Positions 56,088 to 63,018 of a stretch of 64,000 nt of DNA are shown here, piece after piece. Source of the stretch: a virus; IMG/VR virus record IMGVR_UViG_3300025102_000019, positions 6,342 through 70,341 of that record; one strand, given 5' to 3'. Position 1 is the first letter of the stretch. Every line of letters starts with the position of its first letter. The notes under the pieces are model-generated. The model was not told where the DNA came from. It searched no databases and worked only from the letters and a program-made list of their open reading frames with translations. Both the position numbers and the translations under genes were made by a program.

Positions 56088-56725
56088 CAGTTATCGCCAC
56101 TACCCTTCGTATATCTAAGGTCTGGCGTTCCGTCCTTCTTCAAACGGATATTATTCGATGATATGTCTCTAGGCGGAACTACTGATTCACGAACCATTTC
56201 ATCAGCCAGAGAATCTAAACCAAAACTTGTTGATTGGGTAACATTAGCGTTATGAGACGGAGGTTTTGATGTGTTAAATAGGTCAACTCCTAATCCTGAG
56301 ATACCGGATTGACTGTTAGACATCATAGAAGGGGGCATCTTACCGGGATTCTGCTGCATCCAAAGTAGTTCCTTCTCCAACTGCATCTCCTGCATGCGTA
56401 GTTCCATGTCTGAACGACGCTGGTCGTAGTTGAATTGCTGCTCTCTGAAGCGGTAATCCCTCTGCCTCTGCATCTCTGACATCCTAACTCGCTCTTGCAT
56501 CTGCTCCTCAAAGAACATCTTGAACAAGTAATATGCTAGAATCTGGACTGCTAAAGCCCCCATAGCATATGTCATTCCGTTGACATACTGATTTGCATTC
56601 TCTCCACCGGGCAACCACAATCCAGCATCGTAGATACCTATTGCGACTCCCACTAGAGCCGACTGGGTTAGTATCAACCCAGTCAATCTCATTTCTGATT
56701 TATCCGAAGGGTCTTGTCTACTCAT
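56087..56725 (-). CDS. two-TM membrane protein with coiled coil
   Basis: Two N-terminal TM helices, a Q/R/E coiled coil and C-terminal LKKDGTPDLRY. Confidence 0.65.
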   Translation of the reverse strand: MSRQDPSDKSEMRLTGLILTQSALVGVAIGIYDAGLWLPGGENANQYVNGMTYAMGALAVQILAYYLFKMFFEEQMQERVRMSEMQRQRDYRFREQQFNYDQRRSDMELRMQEMQLEKELLWMQQNPGKMPPSMMSNSQSGISGLGVDLFNTSKPPSHNANVTQSTSFGLDSLADEMVRESVVPPRDISSNNIRLKKDGTPDLRYTKGSGDN

Positions 56726-56778
56726 CTTAGTGACCTCTAGAAAGACCCCACGAGGGTGGCTATCATAAGCCTTCTGTA

Positions 56779-57651
56779 TTATTCATCCGTCTCGTTATCT
56801 GAATATTCGCCTAATTCAAATGGTCTAGTCTCATAATGTGTGGAAGCACGATAGTCCTTAACGGCGCTCGGTTGCACCATACCTAATAACGCTGACAGGG
56901 CAGCAGGTTGCCAATCTTGACTTACAGCGGGATGAAGAGTGTCTGATGCCGAGGTTTTGGATGGTATCTCACCGTGATATCTATTGTATATCACATTCTT
57001 TTTCTCAGGGTCTAAATGAGTCTTTGCTGCGTTGATTCTATGTGCTATTTCTTCAAAACTCTTTTCTATTGGTCTCAAAGTTCCTTTGTCTTTGAAATGC
57101 CTAGCCCTGTTCGCATGCTCCCCCTCCAACGTGAGACTCCCACCTTGTGTATGACTGACATCCTTACGGTTGTGAGACCCGTAGATGCCTCGTCGTCTTC
57201 TTTCCCTATTGAGTTCTTCACGGTATTTTACACGCTCAGGGCTAGACTCGTATTTTGTGTCATACTCTTTCTTATGACGCTGGGCTTCTGGTGAGAGTTC
57301 TCTCTTGAGTAGTTGAAAGATGTGGTCGAAGTCAATATCTTCACTCTTAACAATCGTCGGCTTCCCACCAATCCCCTGTTTCTTGGCTCTTTTGCGTTTT
57401 GTGGCTGACCTTTTTTGTCCACTTGACATCGAACCAGAAGTCTTTGGAGTTTTGCCTGAAACTTTCACCGATGGCCTGCACTTCGGGTATCCTTTTCCAG
57501 ACAATTTTGCTTTCCCCCTCCCGCATGGTGGGTGTTTCCCATCCTTGTCCTTTCTCGATACGTCTACCCACTTTTCCTTGAACCATCGGTTCAGGTTCTT
57601 TACCACTAACGTATTGTGGCAGGTGCAGCGGGAGTCTGAATCGGTACTCAT
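56779..57651 (-). CDS. multi-module basic protein (RWFKEKWVD..C..YPKCRP module + HNH-like module)
   Basis: Modules are separated by LVVK/N, IVK/S, LLK/R and IEK/S sites. The second module (YREELNRERRRRG...DVSH...NRARH) resembles small phage HNH-like proteins. Confidence 0.6.
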   Translation of the reverse strand: MSTDSDSRCTCHNTLVVKNLNRWFKEKWVDVSRKDKDGKHPPCGRGKAKLSGKGYPKCRPSVKVSGKTPKTSGSMSSGQKRSATKRKRAKKQGIGGKPTIVKSEDIDFDHIFQLLKRELSPEAQRHKKEYDTKYESSPERVKYREELNRERRRRGIYGSHNRKDVSHTQGGSLTLEGEHANRARHFKDKGTLRPIEKSFEEIAHRINAAKTHLDPEKKNVIYNRYHGEIPSKTSASDTLHPAVSQDWQPAALSALLGMVQPSAVKDYRASTHYETRPFELGEYSDNETDE

Positions 57652-57839
57652 TTCTTCTTACCTTTCCCTCGAAACTTTCCCCTGCAATATTGTACAGCCC
57701 ATCCATTAGCATAGGCAGACGGATAGACCTTGAACTTCCTTTTTGCAGCGGCTTTACCTGCTGGACAGAGTTTCTTTTCAAGTGTGTCCCATGCACCATT
57801 CATACCGACGCAATGACCACAATCACAAGAACCTATCAT
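57648..57839 (-). CDS. small basic protein (KFKVYPSAYAN family seen in marine phages)
   Basis: LCPAGKAAAKRKFKVYPSAYANGWAVQYC preceded by AWDTLEK. Confidence 0.6.
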   Translation of the reverse strand: MIGSCDCGHCVGMNGAWDTLEKKLCPAGKAAAKRKFKVYPSAYANGWAVQYCRGKFRGKGKKK

Positions 57840-58024
57840 ATCACAAACACCATTTTAGTGATTTTATCAGCGGCTTTTCTCTGAGCATACAGTAAACTGT
57901 AGCAGGGGCATCGAGGTGGTTTCATGGAGCACTTCATCACGCCCTTCTCCATGCATTTGCATGGATTCTTCTTATTTCCACCACAACAACAACTATCTCT
58001 TTTCAATGCCATTAACAATTCCAC
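57836..58024 (-). CDS. small Cys-rich protein
   Basis: CCCGG..C.C....C.....C.C; coupled to its neighbours. Confidence 0.5.
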   Translation of the reverse strand: MELLMALKRDSCCCGGNKKNPCKCMEKGVMKCSMKPPRCPCYSLLYAQRKAADKITKMVFVI

Positions 58025-58791
58025 CTTTTCAATGCTGCTCCTTTCGGGGTTAATTTACCATCCTTGCTCGTAGGGCCTTTACTTCCACCCATTCTAGCAC
58101 AGAAGGACTTTCTTCTCTTCGCCTTTTTACTACCCGGCTTGAGTTTGGATGGCTTGGTGGTGACTGGTGCTTTTAGATTAGCACCTGTTTCTCTTTTCGC
58201 TTTGGCTCGACCTTTCGCATTGAGACCGCCTTTCTTGTGGTGTCTGTTTGGGTTGTAGCCGTGAAACGGCTTGGATTTCTTCTTTGCCTTCTCAAAAAAG
58301 TCCTCAATCAGAGTGCCGAATGCCTGTGTAGTAGGAGAACAGCAGTCACAAAGCGCTTTGACTTGCACGTAAGCGTCTGATTTCATCGTCATGGGGGCTA
58401 GATTGGCCCTAGGAATGCTTCCACTCCTCACATTACTTTCAGTACCACTGAAAATACCGCCGCTAGGCTCTGGTTGCGAGACCGAATCGGTCAGCCCTCC
58501 ACCCCTTACGCCTACTACACCCACATTGCCCTGAGGCAGGCCGAACTTTTTGGCCCTTTCTAATGCGAACTGGTACGCTAGTTCTGGATTATCGGTTGTG
58601 TAGGACACCCTGTCCTCATTCCTGAGACTGGGTGGAACGTAGTGTTTCGAGCGTGTTTTCGGGTTTCCGCCTCTGATTCCTTGGTCGAGAACACCCTGCA
58701 TGTCGATTGTACCGTGATATTCACTGACCGGACCGAGGCTGCTGGGAAAATCAGGGTGGAACTCACCCAGTTCAGTCTGTCTGCTTACCAT
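58012..58791 (-). CDS. ADP-ribosyltransferase-like domain fused to a basic phage module
   Basis: YHGT...VLDQGI...SYTTDNPELAYQFA...VVGV...GSIP pattern of HYE/KptA-like ARTs. C-terminal GGLNAKGR...RRKSFCARM...KRWNC module. N-terminal QTELGEF. Confidence 0.55.
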   Translation of the reverse strand: MVSRQTELGEFHPDFPSSLGPVSEYHGTIDMQGVLDQGIRGGNPKTRSKHYVPPSLRNEDRVSYTTDNPELAYQFALERAKKFGLPQGNVGVVGVRGGGLTDSVSQPEPSGGIFSGTESNVRSGSIPRANLAPMTMKSDAYVQVKALCDCCSPTTQAFGTLIEDFFEKAKKKSKPFHGYNPNRHHKKGGLNAKGRAKAKRETGANLKAPVTTKPSKLKPGSKKAKRRKSFCARMGGSKGPTSKDGKLTPKGAALKRWNC

Positions 58792-58803
58792 GGATAGCCC
58801 TCC

Positions 58804-59319
58804 TTAACGTCTCTGTAGAGGACTCCTTCGCTCGATTGGCGAGTTTTCTCGATTTACCTGTGATAGAATCTCATTTATCGCATTGCGGTAGTAGTCCGTG
58901 GCTTCCGGTGGAGTCTGTGGTAGGTTCTCCCTGCCTTTGTCAGGCTTCCTGTCCATGGGGTTGGGCATGTCGAAGAGGTCTGGCCTCACTCTCTTGAGGT
59001 GCTCTTGGTCTATGTGTAGACCTGAATCTAGAACATCTTCTAAATCAGGCTCGTCTTGTTCGTCATATGAAGGAAAACCATCATCGTCGTATTGTACTGG
59101 TATACCATACTCGTCAAAGTTCTCGTTTGCTCTGCTCAGAGGCCTGCCCATTGCGTCTATGAGGGGCTGGCCCGGCTCGAACTTGAGGAACTGCCACGCC
59201 TTCTTCATGGCTTTCTTGTCTGGTTTCGAGGTTTCAGTGGGTTTTTTCGGCATTTTAGGGCCTACAGCGATAACCAGTGTCATCCCTGCTTTCTTGCCCT
59301 TGTCCTTCATACATATCAC
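58804..59319 (-). CDS. hypothetical protein with internal KKAWQFLK tag
   Basis: 171 aa; acidic domain after the motif. Confidence 0.55.
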   Translation of the reverse strand: MICMKDKGKKAGMTLVIAVGPKMPKKPTETSKPDKKAMKKAWQFLKFEPGQPLIDAMGRPLSRANENFDEYGIPVQYDDDGFPSYDEQDEPDLEDVLDSGLHIDQEHLKRVRPDLFDMPNPMDRKPDKGRENLPQTPPEATDYYRNAINEILSQVNRENSPIERRSPLQRR

Positions 59320-59858
59320 TGATTACGCTGCTCTGGAATCTGAGGGGAGGAAACCCCTACTCTTGAAGGTGCGCTGTCTCTGCCAGAGATACCACTATTC
59401 ATGGCATTCATGTCCCTCATGTGCTCCACGAAGTACTCTTGAGCCACATCGCTGGCCAAACCGTGCATCTCATCATCCATTCCCTGCTCCTCTGCCGTCA
59501 AACCCGGAATAATATTCAGTTTGTTCATGTAGTGGTGTAGTATCTGCTGCTCCTTCTCGTTTCTAGGCTTGTGGTCATCGAAAATCATACCATCGTTGTC
59601 GTCTGACATTGCCTGAGCACGCTCGAAATCATTCAAATCAGGTCCGTCGGAATAATCCTCGTAATCATCTCTGTACGATTTTCTGAGTGTGTTGTAGTCG
59701 TATTGTAGTTTGAAAGCGGCTTTTCTCATGATATAGGCCTTCTTCATCTCGCCACCGCAGCCCATTTTCTTCATGCACTCTGACTTCTTCATGCCGCAAC
59801 TTGGGCACTTCTCGTTGTCTGCTTTCAATAGAGTCCATGCTGTGTCAAATGCGCTCAT
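59316..59858 (-). CDS. AFDxAWxLLK-leader protein with CxxC motif
   Basis: Begins MSAFDTAWTLLKADNEKCPSC. GGAG RBS-like sequence upstream. Confidence 0.65.
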   Translation of the reverse strand: MSAFDTAWTLLKADNEKCPSCGMKKSECMKKMGCGGEMKKAYIMRKAAFKLQYDYNTLRKSYRDDYEDYSDGPDLNDFERAQAMSDDNDGMIFDDHKPRNEKEQQILHHYMNKLNIIPGLTAEEQGMDDEMHGLASDVAQEYFVEHMRDMNAMNSGISGRDSAPSRVGVSSPQIPEQRNQ

Positions 59859-59864
59859 ATTCTT

Positions 59865-60104
59865 CTATCTCCTTCTGGATACTCTTACTAGGCCTGTCTG
59901 CCTACGCATCCTCGGACGTGTGTTACCCCTATCTAGGTTGCGTTTGTAGCGAGCCTTCGTCTTGCGGTTCTTCGTCTTCCTCGCTAGACGCTGGACCTTG
60001 GCTTTAGCCCTCGCTTTTGGTCTATTTGAGATATATTGAGAGGTTTTCATACCGAATTGACCTTTCTTGAGTGACTCGAACGCCAAATCGAACTCAAACC
60101 CCAT
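59865..60104 (-). CDS. small very basic protein with FDLAFESLKK leader
   Basis: R/K-rich, 79 aa. Confidence 0.6.
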   Translation of the reverse strand: MGFEFDLAFESLKKGQFGMKTSQYISNRPKARAKAKVQRLARKTKNRKTKARYKRNLDRGNTRPRMRRQTGLVRVSRRR

Positions 60105-60157
60105 GATTGCAGCGTATAAGGCGACACCATAATTAGTTTCTGCTTCTCCGACGTATC

Positions 60158-60508
60158 ATGGAGTCGGATTACGACATTGAGAAGTTTCTCCCGGCTCTAG
60201 TCGCTGGATTGGCCAGAGTAGGCCCGGCAGCAGCGAAATTAGGCTCAAAAGCCGTACAATCCGCTAAAAAAGTCGGTGTGGCGGCCAAAAACTCGAAAAT
60301 GGGTCAAAATATGGCTAATTTAGCCGATAAAAGCAAGGAAATGAAGGAAACTTTTGATGCAGCGAAGGAAAGTCCGATGGGACAGGCCATGGGTAGTCTG
60401 CAAGAGGCCGCAGCCCGAAATCAGCAGGATACAGCCAGAATGGAGCAGGAAGCACGTCAAAGAATGATGTCTGGTGCTTCCACTGGAAGCACAACCACTC
60501 GTTCTTAG
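60158..60508 (+). CDS. small A/K/M-rich helical protein (only substantial + strand gene in the cassette)
   Basis: No overlapping minus-strand gene; divergent from the gene at 60104; begins MESDYDIEK/FLPALVAGLARVG. Confidence 0.6.
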   Translation: MESDYDIEKFLPALVAGLARVGPAAAKLGSKAVQSAKKVGVAAKNSKMGQNMANLADKSKEMKETFDAAKESPMGQAMGSLQEAAARNQQDTARMEQEARQRMMSGASTGSTTTRS

Positions 60509-60696
60509 GGTTTCATGCCTCTATAGCGTGCGTAAAGCATGCCTGCTTCCTCTTGAAGCCTCAAATCCTCTGAGTTCATCATCTTGAGGATAGTTCCAGT
60601 GATGAATTGGTCCTCTTCAGAGGTGAAATCTACCCCATTCTCCTGATGCTTGAGTAGAAGCCACGCCGCAGCGAAGGCACTCTCGGATACTGTCAT
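60505..60696 (-). CDS. small protein with SAFAAAWLLLK leader
   Basis: 63 aa. A TTATTAAAG TATA-like box lies about 25 nt upstream (60720-60728). Confidence 0.6.
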   Translation of the reverse strand: MTVSESAFAAAWLLLKHQENGVDFTSEEDQFITGTILKMMNSEDLRLQEEAGMLYARYRGMKP

Positions 60697-60772
60697 CGGG
60701 AATACTATGTATGGTGCTGCTTTAATAAGGGTTTAGTTAAAAGACCGTCTTTTGCTCGATGAAACGTCGGTT

Positions 60773-60892
60773 ATGGGTATCAGCGAACTCATTTTTAGCA
60801 AGTTTAGGATGGTAGTAATTGATTTGCTAATCAAAATAGGACTAGCAGGTATGGTTTTGCTGTTCGGAGTCAGTTGGTTACTGTCCCTCTGA
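60773..60892 (+). CDS. possible 39-aa hydrophobic peptide
   Basis: MGISELIFSKFRMVVIDLLIKIGLAGMVLLFGVSWLLSL*; fills an otherwise empty gap. Confidence 0.3.
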   Translation: MGISELIFSKFRMVVIDLLIKIGLAGMVLLFGVSWLLSL

Positions 60893-61156
60893 CCTTTTCT
60901 GCGCTTCCATGGCCTGTCTTGCCCTTTCAATCATGGATTGCTGACCCGGTGAGTGCATATTTCCGTCTCCCATGACGTTTCTCATGCTGTTTCCAGTAGG
61001 TGCACCGCAGTTTTCACAGCGTGGGCTACCCGGATTGAGGCCCTGCTTGCAACTCTGGCAGAACATCGAGTCTATCGCTCGTGTGCCCATTGGGTCATCA
61101 GGCGATGTGGGCATGATGTTCTTCAGAACAGCCCAAGACTTGTCGAATGCGCTCAT
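60878..61156 (-). CDS. AFDxAWxLLK-leader zinc-ribbon protein
   Basis: MSAFDKSWAVLKN...CQSC...CENCG. Confidence 0.65.
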   Translation of the reverse strand: MSAFDKSWAVLKNIMPTSPDDPMGTRAIDSMFCQSCKQGLNPGSPRCENCGAPTGNSMRNVMGDGNMHSPGQQSMIERARQAMEAQKRSEGQ

Positions 61157-61482
61157 TGTCCTTCAACCCCTGATTCATTTTGTGGGTCATATGGTATGCG
61201 AGTCTGACTCTGACCGGGGTCTGGCATCATGCTGTTAGGAGGAGGACTTGCTCTAAAACCCATAGACAATTCAATCAGATACTTGTTATATGCCTCCGGG
61301 TCACTTTGCTTCATGCTGTCAAGATTAGCCTTTGTCTCAGGACTTAGCGTCTCCATGACTTCTGGTGGTAACTGCATTGGTCTTCTGAAACGCCTCTGAT
61401 TGGAGACCTGTTGACCTCTTCTGTTGTTTCTGCTACGCCTACCCATTTTGAGTAAGGACCATGCAGAGTCAAAAGCACTCAT
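61153..61482 (-). CDS. AFDxAWxLLK-leader protein
   Basis: MSAFDSAWSLLKMGRR...; an alternative start two codons upstream overlaps the previous stop. Confidence 0.65.
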   Translation of the reverse strand: MSAFDSAWSLLKMGRRSRNNRRGQQVSNQRRFRRPMQLPPEVMETLSPETKANLDSMKQSDPEAYNKYLIELSMGFRASPPPNSMMPDPGQSQTRIPYDPQNESGVEGQ

Positions 61483-61484
61483 AT

Positions 61485-62096
61485 TCAACCAAACCTTTGT
61501 TTAATGTAGTCTTGAAGCGCTTGGCCCTGTAGTTCTTTGGTGTATTTACTGTCCGGCTGGTCGATAATACCATATTCCTCGTTAGTCATGCCCTCTGGGG
61601 CACTGAAAGACTCCGGTGCTCCCATTGGTTGAGGACCTTTTGCTTCTGGTGGGGCAGAATCACCTACTACAGGAGACCCTCTTTTTCTGGCTCTTCTTTC
61701 CATTTCTGCCCGTAGAGCCTCCATTCTGTCGTTCATCTGAGGTCTTGTGGTGTTCAGGAGTTGTGCATCCTGTGGATTTTCTCGGTCATATTTGTTTCTA
61801 TAAAAGTCCGAATCGTAGTCTTGGAGATGAAAATCAGGGTTTCTCCTACCTTCTCTACGCTGAATCTCGGCAAGTATCTGTTCTATCTGGGCACTCATAT
61901 CAGGTCCTTTCATTCTGAATGGGTCATCACCCATCTGTGGTGTTCTCCTTGGTGGTGGAGCATCCATCACCCTTCGATATTCATCCATCTCCTCTTGAGT
62001 AGTTGGTCCGTCGATTCCATTCGGGTCTACCCGTATTGGGCCTCTCTTCTCATCGAAGTTTTTGAGAAGTGACCATGCAGAGTCGAATGCACCCAT
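61485..62096 (-). CDS. AFDxAWxLLK-leader protein
   Basis: MGAFDSAWSLLKNF... from ATG 62096. A TTTTATC TATA-like box lies about 25 nt upstream. Confidence 0.65.
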   Translation of the reverse strand: MGAFDSAWSLLKNFDEKRGPIRVDPNGIDGPTTQEEMDEYRRVMDAPPPRRTPQMGDDPFRMKGPDMSAQIEQILAEIQRREGRRNPDFHLQDYDSDFYRNKYDRENPQDAQLLNTTRPQMNDRMEALRAEMERRARKRGSPVVGDSAPPEAKGPQPMGAPESFSAPEGMTNEEYGIIDQPDSKYTKELQGQALQDYIKQRFG

Positions 62097-62144
62097 GTCC
62101 AAGCGCAAGGGGGGTCAGGATAAAACCGTTGCTGGCTTTTAGGT

Positions 62145-62233
62145 GTGGCCGGTATCACCTGCGATAGAAACATGAAAGAGTGTTGTCAATTTCGGAACAG
62201 GTTGAGAGATGACAAACAGATGACACCGGCCAC
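62145..62233 (-). ncRNA. candidate structured RNA element (17-bp closing stem)
   Basis: Arms 62145-62161 and 62217-62233 pair fully on the minus strand with two G-U wobbles; these are A-C mismatches on the + strand. Inner TTGTCA/TGACAA stem. Confidence 0.4.
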
Positions 62234-62253
62234 GATGCATGATTACAAGCATT

Positions 62254-62310
62254 CTACTTGTATGTTCTGCTCTTCATTATGCCTCACGCTTGGTCGAAGG
62301 GTTCAATCAT
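62254..62310 (-). pseudogene. relic of a leader-tagged gene (MIEPFDQA*GIMKSRTYK*)
   Basis: TGA (62284-62286) replaces the conserved Trp codon. Shares TTCGACCAAGCGTG with the leader of the 62303..62707 gene. Confidence 0.55.
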
Positions 62311-62707
62311 AAAGACCACCTAATCCTTTCCAATCCTCAACACCATAAGGTGTTTGAGCATCAAAATGAAGCCCGGAAGCAGGGTGATACACCCATTGGT
62401 GAATTGCAGGGTCATCGGGATGATTCATAATCTGAGCCTCGCCGCCGTTTTCCTCGATTAAATGATGGAGATTATCGGAGAAGTCGAAACAATGACTTTC
62501 ATGCTCACTAGGGTCAGAGGGCCAATCGCCACCATCTGCTAGTATGCTTCTCTTTGACGGGCCATTTTCAAGAGAATGATGGATGAAATCTGTTATGTCG
62601 CTCGTATCTATCTTGAGCAAAGCCCACGCTTGGTCGAACGGCGTGCTGACAGACGACTTGCCAATGCGTGCAGCCATGCTATTATGGACAAGGCCTTCTG
62701 CCAACAC
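62303..62707 (-). CDS. transglutaminase/papain-like (Cys-His-Asp) domain protein with PFDQAWALLK leader
   Basis: HCFDFSDNL...HQWVY...HFDAQ gives a C-H-D triad pattern. Confidence 0.55.
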   Translation of the reverse strand: MLAEGLVHNSMAARIGKSSVSTPFDQAWALLKIDTSDITDFIHHSLENGPSKRSILADGGDWPSDPSEHESHCFDFSDNLHHLIEENGGEAQIMNHPDDPAIHQWVYHPASGLHFDAQTPYGVEDWKGLGGLYD

Positions 62708-62751
62708 GGTAGAGGGGAGGGGGGTTGGATTATTGATTTTTTTCTGTAATT

Positions 62752-62783
62752 TTTTTTCGGGAAAGGGCCTTCCACCGAAAAAA
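62752..62783. repeat. inverted repeat TTTTTTCGG...CCGAAAAAA
   Basis: Read directly; lies in the non-coding strand-switch region next to T-tracts and G-tracts. Confidence 0.7.
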
Positions 62784-62812
62784 TGGTGCAGCGCTGTGTG
62801 GGACTAAAAGAT

Positions 62813-62898
62813 GCGATTAACCAATGCGATTAACATCGCCTCCGGCGATTAACCCTGCGATTAACCCTGCGATTAACTGTTTTCGGGGTGCGATTAAC
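62813..62898 (+). repeat. six direct repeats of GCGATTAAC (iteron-like)
   Basis: Copies start at 62813, 62826, 62845, 62857, 62869 and 62890. Confidence 0.9.
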
Positions 62899-62992
62899 TA
62901 GGCCACTGGGGATACAAGTATCCCAACACATGTATGTACACACGTGAACGTACCGTTCTAAAGAACGGAACGTTTAGACTAGGGCTTTCCCA

Positions 62993-62998
62993 TTTAAA
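62993..62998 (+). promoter_or_regulatory. archaeal TATA-like box (TTTAAA) for the + strand gene
   Basis: 21-26 nt upstream of ATG 63019, consistent with a leaderless archaeal transcript. Confidence 0.45.
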
Positions 62999-63018
62999 GG
63001 CTCAACACATAAGAGTCG

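Noticed and set aside
436-59512. Numerous + strand ORFs of 60-290 aa in the ORF track
   Set aside because: They lie antisense to long, coupled minus-strand genes with recognisable motifs and RBSs, and read as S/L/P/V-rich shadow frames.
62284-62286. TGA at a conserved Trp position as evidence of stop-codon reassignment
   Set aside because: Many genes here end in TGA with tight ATGA coupling, and long ORFs use TGG for Trp; a single nonsense mutation is more parsimonious.
62100-62300. tRNA or hammerhead ribozyme in the intergenic gap
   Set aside because: No T-loop GTTCRA cloverleaf or CTGANGA/GAAA core arrangement was found; kept only as a generic structured-RNA candidate.
62813-62898. GCGATTAAC repeats as a mini-CRISPR array
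   Set aside because: Repeats are 9 nt with 3-12 nt gaps, far below CRISPR repeat and spacer sizes; no cas genes are present.
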